A stretch of DNA of 64,000 nucleotides. Source: Octopus sinensis. Lineage: Eukaryota. The stretch is taken from assembly GCF_006345805.1 (NCBI RefSeq), contig NC_043008.1, positions 19,840,001 through 19,904,000 on the forward strand, in the 5' to 3' direction. Below are positions 41,758 through 54,324 of this stretch, in pieces. The notes under the pieces are model-generated. The model was given only the letters and a program-made list of their open reading frames with translations, did not search any database and had not been told where the DNA came from. Numbering within the stretch: the first letter of the stretch is position 1; each line of letters starts with the position of its first letter. Made by a program: the position numbers and the translations under genes.

Positions 41758-41944
41758 AATATATATTTATATATTTTATCAATTTCTCATTTTATTAAAA
41801 TTTTCTTTCATTTGAGCATTCTGCATTTTTAAAAAATTTTTTCCTTACTATATATATATATATATATATATATTTCACACCCATCACACCTATAAATAAA
41901 ATTAATCTAGATTCATTTTGTTCATCCACTGCCCATTGCTTGAG

Positions 41945-42006
<62 letters not shown>

Positions 42007-42390
42007 GTGTGTGTGTGTGTGTGTGTATACACTTAGCGGCTTTATGAAAATATTTGAGTGTGTGGGTTTTTGTTATCATAGCTCCAAGAACAACCATTCG
42101 ACGTTTATACGAGCGTAATAATATAATTACACTCATACGCATATATGTGTATATACACATACGTATAACAAACACACACACACATACATGTGTATATAAG
42201 TACATACATATACCTACACCAACATACATGTACATACACATACATACACTTCGACGTATATACGTATCTACATGTACGGACACACATAACATATGTATAC
42301 ATATATACACAAACTCATACATTATATACATCCATGCACGGATAGTACATATGAGAATGAGTAAATATTCAAAATGAATACGCGTAAAGA

Positions 42391-42469
<79 letters not shown>
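42391..42469. repeat. (ATT)n microsatellite
   Basis: Direct inspection; left flank of family E. Confidence 0.95.
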
Positions 42470-43131
<662 letters not shown>

Positions 43132-43489
43132 CAGCGGCAAATCTAAATAATTAAATTCTTACTTATAGTAAAGGATACAGGGATCACCAACTTGCTGTAA
43201 AGTGGAAACAAATCATATTCTATAACATATAACAGCGAGAATATGTTAAATTTCACACGTTTGCTTGATTTCTGTTGGTCCGTTACATATCTCCACTGAG
43301 AATGGTATTTAAGTTGAGAGTTTTGCTTCCACTTTATAACAAATTGAAAAAGAAGTTATTGTATAGTTGTTTGATACTAATATCACCTGCTGCCACTAAT
43401 GATATTGTTATTATTATTACCAACTATTTAGATTTGACGCTGATAATGATATTAATAATAACATCTTTACGATTTTTCATTTGAAATTT

Positions 43490-44380
43490 TCCCTCGTTGT
43501 ATATATTTTATATATATTATGCACTGATTCAGGTATATCAATTACCTTATTCTACGGATTTTTAGCTGAGATAACGTGTTGAATTCCACTCGTTTACCTG
43601 ATTTCCGTCTGTTACATAGTTTCGGTGAGATTGGGTGTTACGTTGGGAGTTTTACGCCCACCTTATAGCAAAATATATAATTTATTTACACACGTGTTTG
43701 TATATATCTGACTGTGTGTGTTTGTGTGTGTAGCATGTGTGTATTGCGAGAAATAGAAGAAGAAGTTAACGGAGTTTATTAAATAAAAAAAATAATCAAT
43801 AAGATATAACGATAGCAAAAGAATTTCGTCTAGATAGGTTTGAGGTTAAGGAATAAGTTATTAATGGTTAAAAGGTTGTGATAGTTCCTGCGAATAAAGA
43901 ACCGAATAATTTTGTGATTATTTGTGATAAATAAGACATTATGACGCTAGTACAAGAATTAGGAGTAAAGAACGAGTACAGTTCCCATGGAAATAACGTA
44001 TGAATTGATTAATGAAAGAAGAACTTAAAAATGAAACATTTGAACGAAAGTAAAGTGGAAAATAGAAACAGTTGTATTAGTAGCGTAATACGGTTAATGA
44101 AACCACATAAAGCAATAGATGACATGTTAATACAGTCACCACTCTCAAACACCGTGTTAAATAGATTTCTAGAAGTGTTTGTTAAAAACAGGAATAAAGA
44201 AATAACTATTTTTGTACACTACTCTTTGAACGATATAAGAACAAGTCCTCCTCAATATTCTAATGCCCTCCACTGGATTTCTGGGGTGGGTCTCAGGTGG
44301 AGCCTTGAAATTCTTAGAATCATTTACGGAAGTTAAAGATAGAACATGTGTACAACTTTTGACAATATTTATGTATATTT
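43490..44380 (+). mobile_element. Degenerate Penelope-like reverse transcriptase relic
   Basis: KVVIVPANKEPNNFVIICDK*DIMTLVQELG (PLE VPADK..NN...CK.YY...L.KELG pattern), HWISGVGLRWSL (SGVN.MWI pattern) and TTFD (RT TFDF remnant). Confidence 0.65.
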
Positions 44381-44385
44381 ATGTA

Positions 44386-44690
44386 TAGGCACGTGGCTTA
44401 GTAGTTACGGTATTGAACTCAGGTGTGTAAATTCCATTTTTAACGGCACCTCGTGTCCTTGAGCAAGAAACTTTAGCTCATTTTGCTCCAGTCTGCTCAG
44501 CTTACAAAAATGCATTGTAACTGTAGTTCGAAAGGTTCGCTTGATCACATTGTGTCGCGTTGAATCTTCCTGAGGATTGCGTTAAGGGTAGGATTGTTTA
44601 TGTGTGCTCAGCCACTCATTCATTTCACGAGTATGCTATACTATTGGTCGTATGAATTGAAACAACCCACGTCGTAAATGACGGTTTTTC
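44386..44690 (+). mobile_element. SINE family C, degenerate
   Basis: ggcacgtggcttagtagttacgg...gtgtccttgagcaagaaac...gctccagtctgctcagct. Confidence 0.6.
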
Positions 44691-45223
44691 AGTTATATCA
44701 TAATCTAAATTTCAATCTAACGAGTTTGGATGAATCTAAGCTAATACCGTAAATATGATAATAAATATAAGTGTATATCAACTGAAATGTGTGTACCATC
44801 CGTATCTCATATTAGATATAATGCATATAGTAATATTGAAAAAAAGAAAACCGAATTCAAATAGAGTTTCTCTGAATAATGCATGTTTCATTTCTGCGCC
44901 AAATTTCTAAATAGGATGAGTGTATTGAAATGGTTCGCATAGTAGTGTAATTGTAGTTGTCTATTAGGCAGTTTTTAGCATTTTGTAGAGTGTAGCTTTG
45001 TTCAAGAATTATGTGAAAGATATACGGTTTGGTTAGGCAACATCTGTACACACTCACGCATAAACACACACAAGCACACATATCTAAACATAATTAAAGG
45101 ATAAAATCATAAAAGTCAATGAATTTAAACAGTGGCCAGCATATGAAAATAATCTTTTAGGTAAAATTCATATACAGAGACACCAGAAGGGTCCAGCCGC
45201 TATAAATTTCACTTCAGTTTATA

Positions 45224-45318
45224 CAGGTTCAAAGCGAGAAAAGTGGACCGAGCAAAATTTCATAAAATCTGAAATTTTATGAATTTTTGATCGGTTCACT
45301 TTTCCCGCTATCAACCTG
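45224..45318. mobile_element. 95-bp palindromic mini-MITE or hairpin
   Basis: 45-nt arms caggttcaaagcgagaaaagtggaccgagcaaaatttcataaaat and attttatgaatttttgatcggttcacttttcccgctatcaacctg around a 5-nt loop; TA on the left flank. Confidence 0.75.
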
Positions 45319-45590
45319 CTATTACGGTCAACGGTCACTTTCACTATTACAGCCAACGAATCTAGTCAACGCAGAAGACAACCATTATGCTCACCCACAC
45401 ACAAAACACCGCCACATGGGCTCTGTTGAGACTAGTGAGAAACAATTATGAACTTTTTTATTACACTTATCATTTAAAAATATTTTTGGTAAGGATCGTT
45501 TTTTCAAGAAGAACCGAAACAAAAAATATCTAAGAAATTTCAAATTTATCTTATACAGTGGCGCTTTCAAACTTCTTTTTTATGAATATA

Positions 45591-45636
<46 letters not shown>

Positions 45637-45661
45637 TACATACATACACACACACACATAT

Positions 45662-45697
<36 letters not shown>

Positions 45698-45721
45698 ATA
45701 CACACATACACACACACACAC

Positions 45722-45791
<70 letters not shown>

Positions 45792-48137
45792 GCTTATATA
45801 TGTATGGGGTGGGTGTAAGCTACTGTGAAACTTATATTCGGAGAGAAGAAAGCCTATAAACTGAAACTGCAGAAATTCTTGTCTTCCATTTAGCTCTCAC
45901 TTTTTCATTCTTATGTTCTCTCACTAAACCAAATCCAATTTTGATCTTTGGCAATACTGCAATCATTTGTATACGGGAAAGAATCTTTATTTTCAATGCA
46001 TTGTCTAGAAAGTAAATGACGACTTGATACAATCGTCAACCTCAAAAACCAGTCAGTAATTGATTTTCAGTTAACAATTCGTTTTTGAGAGTTGGTCATC
46101 TTTTCCAAAGGTGAGTCACAATTTTAAAGTGTTTCATATCAGCACAGAAATATCACGGGAATAGATTGCTGTAGTAATGAAATACAGCATAAATATGTTC
46201 TTAATCGCCCATAAGTCCTCCACAAAGTAAACACTTGTTCTAGTATGATAAGAGGAATGCTGTATATTGAATTTTACAGTCTCCGTAGATCTCACAATCA
46301 TTGAAATCTAATTGCCGTACATCTCAGCTTCTCTCAAGAACAAAGCTAAACGTTTAGTGATGAAATGGTTCATAAGATTAAAAGATATATAATTCCTCGA
46401 AAGCAAGTATGACTTGGTAGTGCCCTGATTAGTTACCCTGATATAACCTTATTTAGTTACCCACTTGGAAGCAGAATATATAGCGAAAGGTATCTGCATC
46501 AGCATGCAAATATTATTAATTTCATTAAATTATGTATTAATGTTACCGTGAAATAAAGTAACGCGCCTCACGGTGAAGAAATCGAACCCACCATTTTATG
46601 ATCTTTTGTCCCATCTTCTGCACATTAGGCCGTGCTTATTCACACAGCAACAATTAGATATTGCACTAGTTTACACACGCAAGAATAATAACACCTCTGA
46701 AGGAAAGGTACAGTTTATTTTGTCAATCACAATACATACATTTGTTAATCACCGGCTGGCGTCTGAAATGGAAAGCAATTTTAAGCCAAAGATTTTACAA
46801 AACAAGTTTACAATGGCAAAATAGCACACTTTAACTTTGCTCTCTTCCCAAAACTAATATTTATTTAGTTATCTGAAAGATCTCTGTGTCACTGTCCTTA
46901 ATATCATTGGTATATTTAAAAAAAAAGAAGCGTCGTTTATACGAGAAAAGTATATGTCGTGAAAATCATGTATGTTCCATTATCTTAGCAGCAATAAATA
47001 AATATTTTTCGAAAGCGGTGTTGGACAAGGATGATCGGTAGCTGTCCACTTTGAATATAGCAATTACCGAACAGTTTTTATTGATTTCTTAATAGTATAG
47101 CAGAGAACGAAATTAGAAAGTCATATGGTTCAAAGGTTTTCAAAAGCATTGATACTTTCAACAAAGTGAAGTGACTACAAATAGAAGACGGGAAACAAGT
47201 AAATGAAACGATAATGGATTATCGTCTTGGCTTAAAATTTACCTTTTGCTTTAGCATATACTCGTTCTAATTTGCTGTCCTTACGTCTCTCTTATGGAAT
47301 ACAGAAACATCCACTCACACACGCACCACACAAAACTGTTGTCATATTATTTCGCTTTTGACTTGACAAGAAAATGTTTTCTCTCGATCAACAGCAGCAG
47401 TTGACTAGCAATTATTTCGTGGTGCCCCCAAATTTTTATATCAGTATATACTTGAGAACGACTGGACGTACGAAATAAAATATTACGAAAGCCCATCATT
47501 TCTAAAACGTTATGATTTGTACCATCAGAGAATATACAAACGAAAATAATAGTGATATATCTACATTACCGCGGTCATTGGTTATATACCAAGTAATAAG
47601 CTTAGTCCAACGAAAAATAAATAATTGATTATACTATTTCTTTAAATACACTTCACCAAAAATCAATCACAGAAACTCGACTCTAATGCGCAAAGAAAAC
47701 ACATTGCGTCGAACAAAATGTATAACAGAAAAGAAAGGAATATTTTAAATGTCTTTGGCCATTACTAGTTTATAGTCACGTTTAGATTACTGACTATTGC
47801 TGTCTCTTTTAAGTGCAAATAGTTTGGGCGCTAGCGTGCTATTATATTCTTTTGCCAAAACATTAATAACAACTTAAAATAGATCCTTAAACTCTAAACT
47901 AAAGAGCACAATGGTGTACGTATATTTCGACTTTGTTTCTATCAATAACGTGCATAGAATTGGTCGGCAGACAATGTTTGCTGATATTATCTATCATACG
48001 GAAACATAATTGACTTCGTTTAGAGAGAACTTTTCATAGAAATTCCAATATTCTTGCCTCAAGTAGAGCGTAGAACAATATTTGCATCTCATCTGAGATA
48101 AGAGGCTTAAAATATATACCTATAAATAAAGTATATG

Positions 48138-48188
<51 letters not shown>

Positions 48189-48751
48189 GCATATATATCG
48201 CAACATTAGCGTTTTAAGGTGTATCAAATTATGATGTATATATATATATATTATATATATATACATATATGTTTGTGTGTGTTATGTTCCTTTCTTCTAA
48301 AAATTGAATTTACTTTTTTTCTCCTATATTTGTTATTTTAAAAAGCCGACAGTGGATTCTGAAGTTCGCTCCAGGCTGGGCTGTTCAGAATTTCGAACCA
48401 CTCACCCTGGGGCGGAATTCCGATTAGTGTATTATAACCTGATATAATAAGCACCCATACACACATACACACACACTCACTGATTCCCCCTCTACCGACC
48501 TTATACACATATGTAAAAGGTATTACGTACAACAATACACGCACACACATACTTACGGGTGGTTATCTGTGGTTGGATGAATATTTTATAGCTAAGTTAA
48601 AAATATTGGTTTTTTTGTGCAAAGCAATTTGGTAAATGACTGAATAAGAGTGAAAAGAATCAATTTAAGAACGATAACACATAAACCGATAAATAAATAC
48701 ACATAATGCGAGGGGACATTAAAATCGAATCGAGCTACCAATTGAAGTTAT

Positions 48752-49035
48752 ATATACATATAAAGCTGAAGTTTTCTCTGTGTGTGTGTGTGGCAGGTTT
48801 GGTAGCCTTCAATTAACACTATCTCTTCCGAGACCCTGCGTCGCAAGTTGACCAAAATTCAGGGTATGATAGAAGAAGGCTTGCTCTTCATTTTGTAGAA
48901 GAGAAAATTCAAATCGGACCTTGTTAATTTCAAAAAATTATTTACATCGAAAATGTGCTTTTTTTCTATGAAAATCCCTATTTTTAAAGTTTTTTTTATT
49001 GCGGTGTCGCCATTTTTCGGTATATTTCAACCAGT
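48752..49035 (+). mobile_element. Possible non-autonomous Helitron-like 5' fragment
   Basis: tatatatacatataaagctgaagttttctctgtgtgtg...ttgaccaaaatt has the layout (TATA-rich start, internal microsatellite) of non-autonomous Helitrons; no 3' end identified. Confidence 0.35.
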
Positions 49036-49704
49036 ATATATATATATATAGTATATCGTTCTGTGATACGTAAGATCAACAATAAAGTATTTCATCCATT
49101 GAGAAACAAATATCATTTAGTATACACAATTCTCCGTCCCACTGTCTGTAGATATCATACTTAACCTATTTTGTGTAGAATAATATAACGAGGATGTGGC
49201 CATAGCCTGTGAGATAGCTACTCAATGCAGAGAAGTCGGTGGCCTCCAGTTCGGCAAAAGTCATTTGTCCATGTGCTTGCATATGCTAAAACTTTCGGAT
49301 TTGGAATTAAATAGTGTGGTGGAATTCGTAGATCCGAAAAGAATGTTCGCTCTTTCAGTTATTCATAATTTGCATTGATAAAAATAGAGTCACAAAGTCG
49401 GCTACGCCACAGATAATCCAGTAGACAGTCGAGGAGAAAATCTACGACATTTAATAATGGTATATTCTGTATTCCTTAGTAACTGTTTATTCTTTAATTC
49501 TTTCTCACTGAAGAGGGAATTGTTGGCTTTTCCATGGAGATATTTACTCAATACGAAATGTAACATATGCATAAAAATTCCAGAAACAGTGTTAAAAGAC
49601 TTCTTTATACACATATCCTTTATTCCTTTTTAAATTTAATAGCTCTGCAATTATATTTAATAAATTATTTGCTCTAACGTGACACCACATGTTTCGTGTA
49701 TATA

Positions 49705-49799
<95 letters not shown>

Positions 49800-49897
49800 T
49801 ATATATATATATATATATTATATATATATAATATATATATATATATACGTTTAAATATTTGTTGTGCAAGATTTATTATGTGAAGTCGTGTGTTGAA

Positions 49898-50367
49898 ATA
49901 TTGTTATATTTTGGAATGGTCATATTGCCAGTTTAGCCAATAAAAACACACGCACTATATATTTGGTGTTATTTTGCTTCGGTGTTATTTATTTTTTACA
50001 TTAATCTTAATCTTATTTCGGCCAGAGTTCTTTCGTCACACATATATAAACAGAAGATACAAATATTACAGGCATCCCCCCCACACACACACTAAATAAA
50101 CATAAACGCATATAGAGATATAAGCATGCGCAAATGAAGACATACACTAGAAATACAAAATGGCTGACGGTTAGTAAGAAGAGACACAAATAAGAAAGAA
50201 GAAAACAAAGGACCACTGATGCGGTCACAGGAGTGTGACGAAAGAACTCTGGCCGAAATAAGATTAAGTTAATGTAAAAATAAAAACACACTGAAGCAAA
50301 ACAACACCAAATATATAGTGCGTGTGTTTTTATTGGCTAAACTGGCAATATGACCATTCCGAAATAT

Positions 50368-50375
<8 letters not shown>
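49898..50375 (+). mobile_element. Non-coding PLE-type terminal fragment with ~143-bp inverted arms
   Basis: 49898-50041 is the reverse complement of 50233-50375 (small indels); lies between (TA)n arrays; contains a hammerhead motif. Confidence 0.8.
50210..50254 (+). ncRNA. Putative minimal type I hammerhead ribozyme
   Basis: ggacca-CTGATGCG-gtcaca(ggag)tgtgac-GAAA-g(aa)c-TC-tggcc: stem I, near-canonical core, 6-bp stem II, 2-bp stem III and a CUC cleavage triplet. Confidence 0.65.
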
Positions 50376-50441
<66 letters not shown>

Positions 50442-51278
50442 TATATATATATTATATATACTATATATGTATGCATGTACGTACACGACAAGTTCTGCCA
50501 ATCAAATCCACTTGCATAACACTGAGCAGCCACACAATATTTTACAGATATATACCTCCTAACTTTTAAAGACAGCCATTGTTCTAATCTCGAAGATGGA
50601 AGCAATTCTTCAGTCCCTAAGGTACATAAATCATGAGATCTTTCAACATCCTATATTACATTTCTTGTGTTCTTTTCAATCTCCACTTAACTGAGAATAT
50701 CGTGGCAAAAACTGTAGAGTTATTTCTTGGTGAGAATGTTTACTGGTATTTTCGACTGTTTATTGGGATTCATACTGCTTGGTTATACTCATGAGCGTGA
50801 CGCAGTTAATGTATTCACGGATGTCAGTGACAAGTAACTTTACTTCATCTCAGATCAAACGTTATTACTAATGATATGACCAATCTCATGGCAAAGAAAA
50901 CTATATGTTAGAAATGCTATGTATTTTGCTTATCCAGATCGACAGATAGACGTGGCTATGTAAGCCTGCTTATGCTTTCACACAAAATCGCGAACCACAC
51001 ACCACGCGCACTCTGATACTCACAAACACACGCATCTGCACCCACACAATTCAAACAAATGTATGAAGTTATATCAACAAGTAGGAATATATAAACACGG
51101 ATCTATTTTCATATTCACCTCGAGCGTCGAAACGTAATTATGTTTTGTTTTCGCTCTCTCCTCCGTGTGTTATTGTAGCGATTACAAATACACAATGCGC
51201 GCGCATGCAGGAGCCCACACATGTGTCTATTTATATATTTATTTTATTTCTGCGTATAAGAGTGTCTATATGCATGTT

Positions 51279-51279
<1 letters not shown>

Positions 51280-51359
<80 letters not shown>

Positions 51360-51402
51360 ATATTATATATATAGTCTATATATATAATATATGTATATAT
51401 AT

Positions 51403-51487
<85 letters not shown>

Positions 51488-51521
51488 TATATATAATATA
51501 TGTATATATATATAGATATGT

Positions 51522-51602
<81 letters not shown>

Positions 51603-51610
51603 ATGCGGGT
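51280..51610. repeat. Long interrupted (TA)n tract
   Basis: Direct inspection. Confidence 0.95.
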
Positions 51611-52057
51611 GTATATGTATATATACATACGTATATCTAGACGTGCTTATGCCAGCTTCTGAGTAGTTTCATAATATTTTTCTCCATGTATGTGTAGCAC
51701 ATATGTGAATTCAAAGCATTTCTATGCATTTGTGTGCTTGCGTAAGTGTGCAGGTTTTTATACAAAGCTATGAGTGGGCGTTTCTGTAGTAGTGTTCCAG
51801 TGTGAATGTTTGACTACTTTGCAGAACCAGTCACAATCTAACAATTAGTTACACCTACGTACACTTTTCTATAAATACTAACACATATATTTATATGCAC
51901 GCATGTCTGTGCCAACCTGTGCGTGTATGTATGCTTGTATGTATATATATATATATAATATTATATAGATATATATATATATATATAATATATATATATA
52001 TTGTGTGTGTGTGTGTGTGTGTGTGTGTATTATATATATATATATGATTTATTACCA

Positions 52058-52292
52058 AAGGCGGGCGAGCTGCAGAAACGTTAGCACGCCGGGCGAAATG
52101 CTTGCCGTATTTCGTCTGCCGTTACGTTTCCGAGTTAAATTCCGTCCGCCGAGTCGACTTTGCCTTTCATCCTTCCGGGGTCCGATAGATTAAGTACCAG
52201 TTATGCACTGGGGTCGATGTAATCGACTTAATCCGTTTGTCTGTCCTTGTTTGTCTCCTCTGTGTTTAGCCCCTTTTGGGTATAAAGAAATA
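52058..52292 (+). mobile_element. SINE family A
   Basis: aggcgggcgagctgcagaaacgttagcacgccggg...ttagccccttttgggtataaagaaata. Confidence 0.9.
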
Positions 52293-52972
52293 TATTATAT
52301 ATATATATAATATAATATATAATACATATATATATAAGTATATTATTATATATTTACATACATGTGTATATTTGAACGCACACAAACACGCTCACACACA
52401 ATCACATATGCACACAAGCACACACACCCATGTTTTTATGTTCAGTTATAATAAAACTAACTTGCTTACAGTTTTTCGAGATCAGTGACGAAAAGTTACT
52501 GGAAAAACGATATAAGTATTTGCATTGGGACCCCTTTCATCGAAAACCTGTGATTGTCGTACGCTGACGACAGGTCAATACCTAGAAACTGCAGTCCGTG
52601 CGTATCACTTAGGTTTACGAGGGAAGGATGGCCTCCCTTTGCAAATACCATAAGGGCACAGAAAGTGTGTCTAAAGCCAGCTGGAGATGATGTTCTCCTG
52701 GGGCTACAAGCCACAGTAACACCCACCCTTAGTGGTTAGCCATATTGAGATGGCAAGTATAGCTCACATTATAATAAAACTATTTTCCCGTTTAATTTGC
52801 TCGGTTCCTTTAAACTTTTGTAGAGTACAAATTTATTATTCTTGAATGCGATTAATATTAACAGTGTCTTCGAGGCTTCGGTCAACAAAGCCATCGTAGG
52901 ACTTTAAGTTATCGTCTGACGATAGATTAGCTGACCAATCTTCAAAATCACTATCCATTTGACTTCTCCGTT

Positions 52973-53009
<37 letters not shown>

Positions 53010-54324
53010 AATAATGAGGGAGATAAATTGAATATTAATTTAATTAACATCAATTTAAAAACAGTAGTCTAGCGTATAAAAAATCTGAAAAATCAGAAAA
53101 AATGTCAATACATGCGTATATTTAGGGATAAACAACTAGGTGGATAACCATACGCTAGAAGAAGATCCCATACGATCTAACTAGAAAGAACAAATGTTCT
53201 CCAGAGAAAATTCAGCGGGCACCAGAACATAAGCGGGCAAGACAGATAAAAATTATATAAAAATCAAGAATTAATCGTACACCAATATCGTCTGTTACCG
53301 AATAAATTACTTACGTAATCCTTCGTCCGCAGAACTCGCCAGTACGATCGTTCCAATTTCAATATAATTTGAAAAACTAAACACTAGTTGTCCATATAAA
53401 ACTAGACATGTGCTTAGTTCTACCAATTATATTGGGGTTATTTTCAAATGTCTAAGTTGTGGTGCGCTAAATTCCGGAAACAGTTCTTCAGCGGATAATT
53501 TACTGCAGTTAATGTTGCCAATTAGAGAACATCATGCGATCGGTAGTGAGGAGTACTCTCACTTTCGCCATGTTGATCCCTAACGCGAATCATCAGTTTA
53601 TAGACAACTCTTTTCCTATAGCCAGATTATTTTGTTCCTTCCTGCCAGCAAAATTTTATTCGTTTCAGTTATTCTGCTGCGGTCATGTTGGAGCAAGCAT
53701 AATTTTCATTCATCACATATGATTCTCCAGCTGATGTCCTTAGGGTGGTGGTTTGTCTATATGCTTATTCATATACACTCACAAATATAAGGATATTGCG
53801 AAAGGCCTGGTCGCAAGCTCAACTTTCCGAAGTCAGATTAACTATTTCCCGTACTCACACACGAACATACGTCTTTCCGACTGGGTTTAGACTACCTAAT
53901 ACATTGAAGTCTTCCTACTACCCGATTATATTACCATATTCATTCGGAGGACGTCATTTCTACACACACACACACATACAAACACACACACACGCACGCA
54001 CACAACTATATATATACATGTATAAACACCCCCCACATATATATATATATATATATTGCAGCCATATCAACGTAGAAAGTTTGTACATTAAGACGAGGAT
54101 GATGATGATGATGATGGTGACGATGCTCATGATCATAATACTGGTTAAAGTGATGATGATGATGATGTTGATGATTATGATCCTGTTGTATGTACAATAT
54201 ACATAGGTTTATATACAAATATAATATATATATATATATTATATATATATAAATTCATATATACATATATATATACGTGAATATATATATATATATATAT
54301 ACAAATACATATATATATATATTT

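Larger units (their letters stand above)
40330..41849 (-). mobile_element. 5'-truncated Penelope-like element with inverted ~300-bp terminal repeats (pLTR)
   Basis: ORF 41090-41563 is a PLE-type GIY-YIG endonuclease (CARSNCGTCPF...NLIYVLTCAGCQHNYVRQT...HKEQI...ERINKENLFIEKFQT); 40330-40630 is the reverse complement of 41549-41849. Confidence 0.92.

Noticed and set aside
43600-43670. Minus-strand GAAAC-tat-GTA with a stem II-like helix
   Set aside because: No CUGANGA or compensatory core upstream.
52911-52950. CTGACGA-t-agatt...aatct hammerhead-like motif, and ctagaagaagatc...gatc near 53155
   Set aside because: GAAA is absent (tcaaaa and taac respectively) and stems I and III do not pair; at best decayed remnants.
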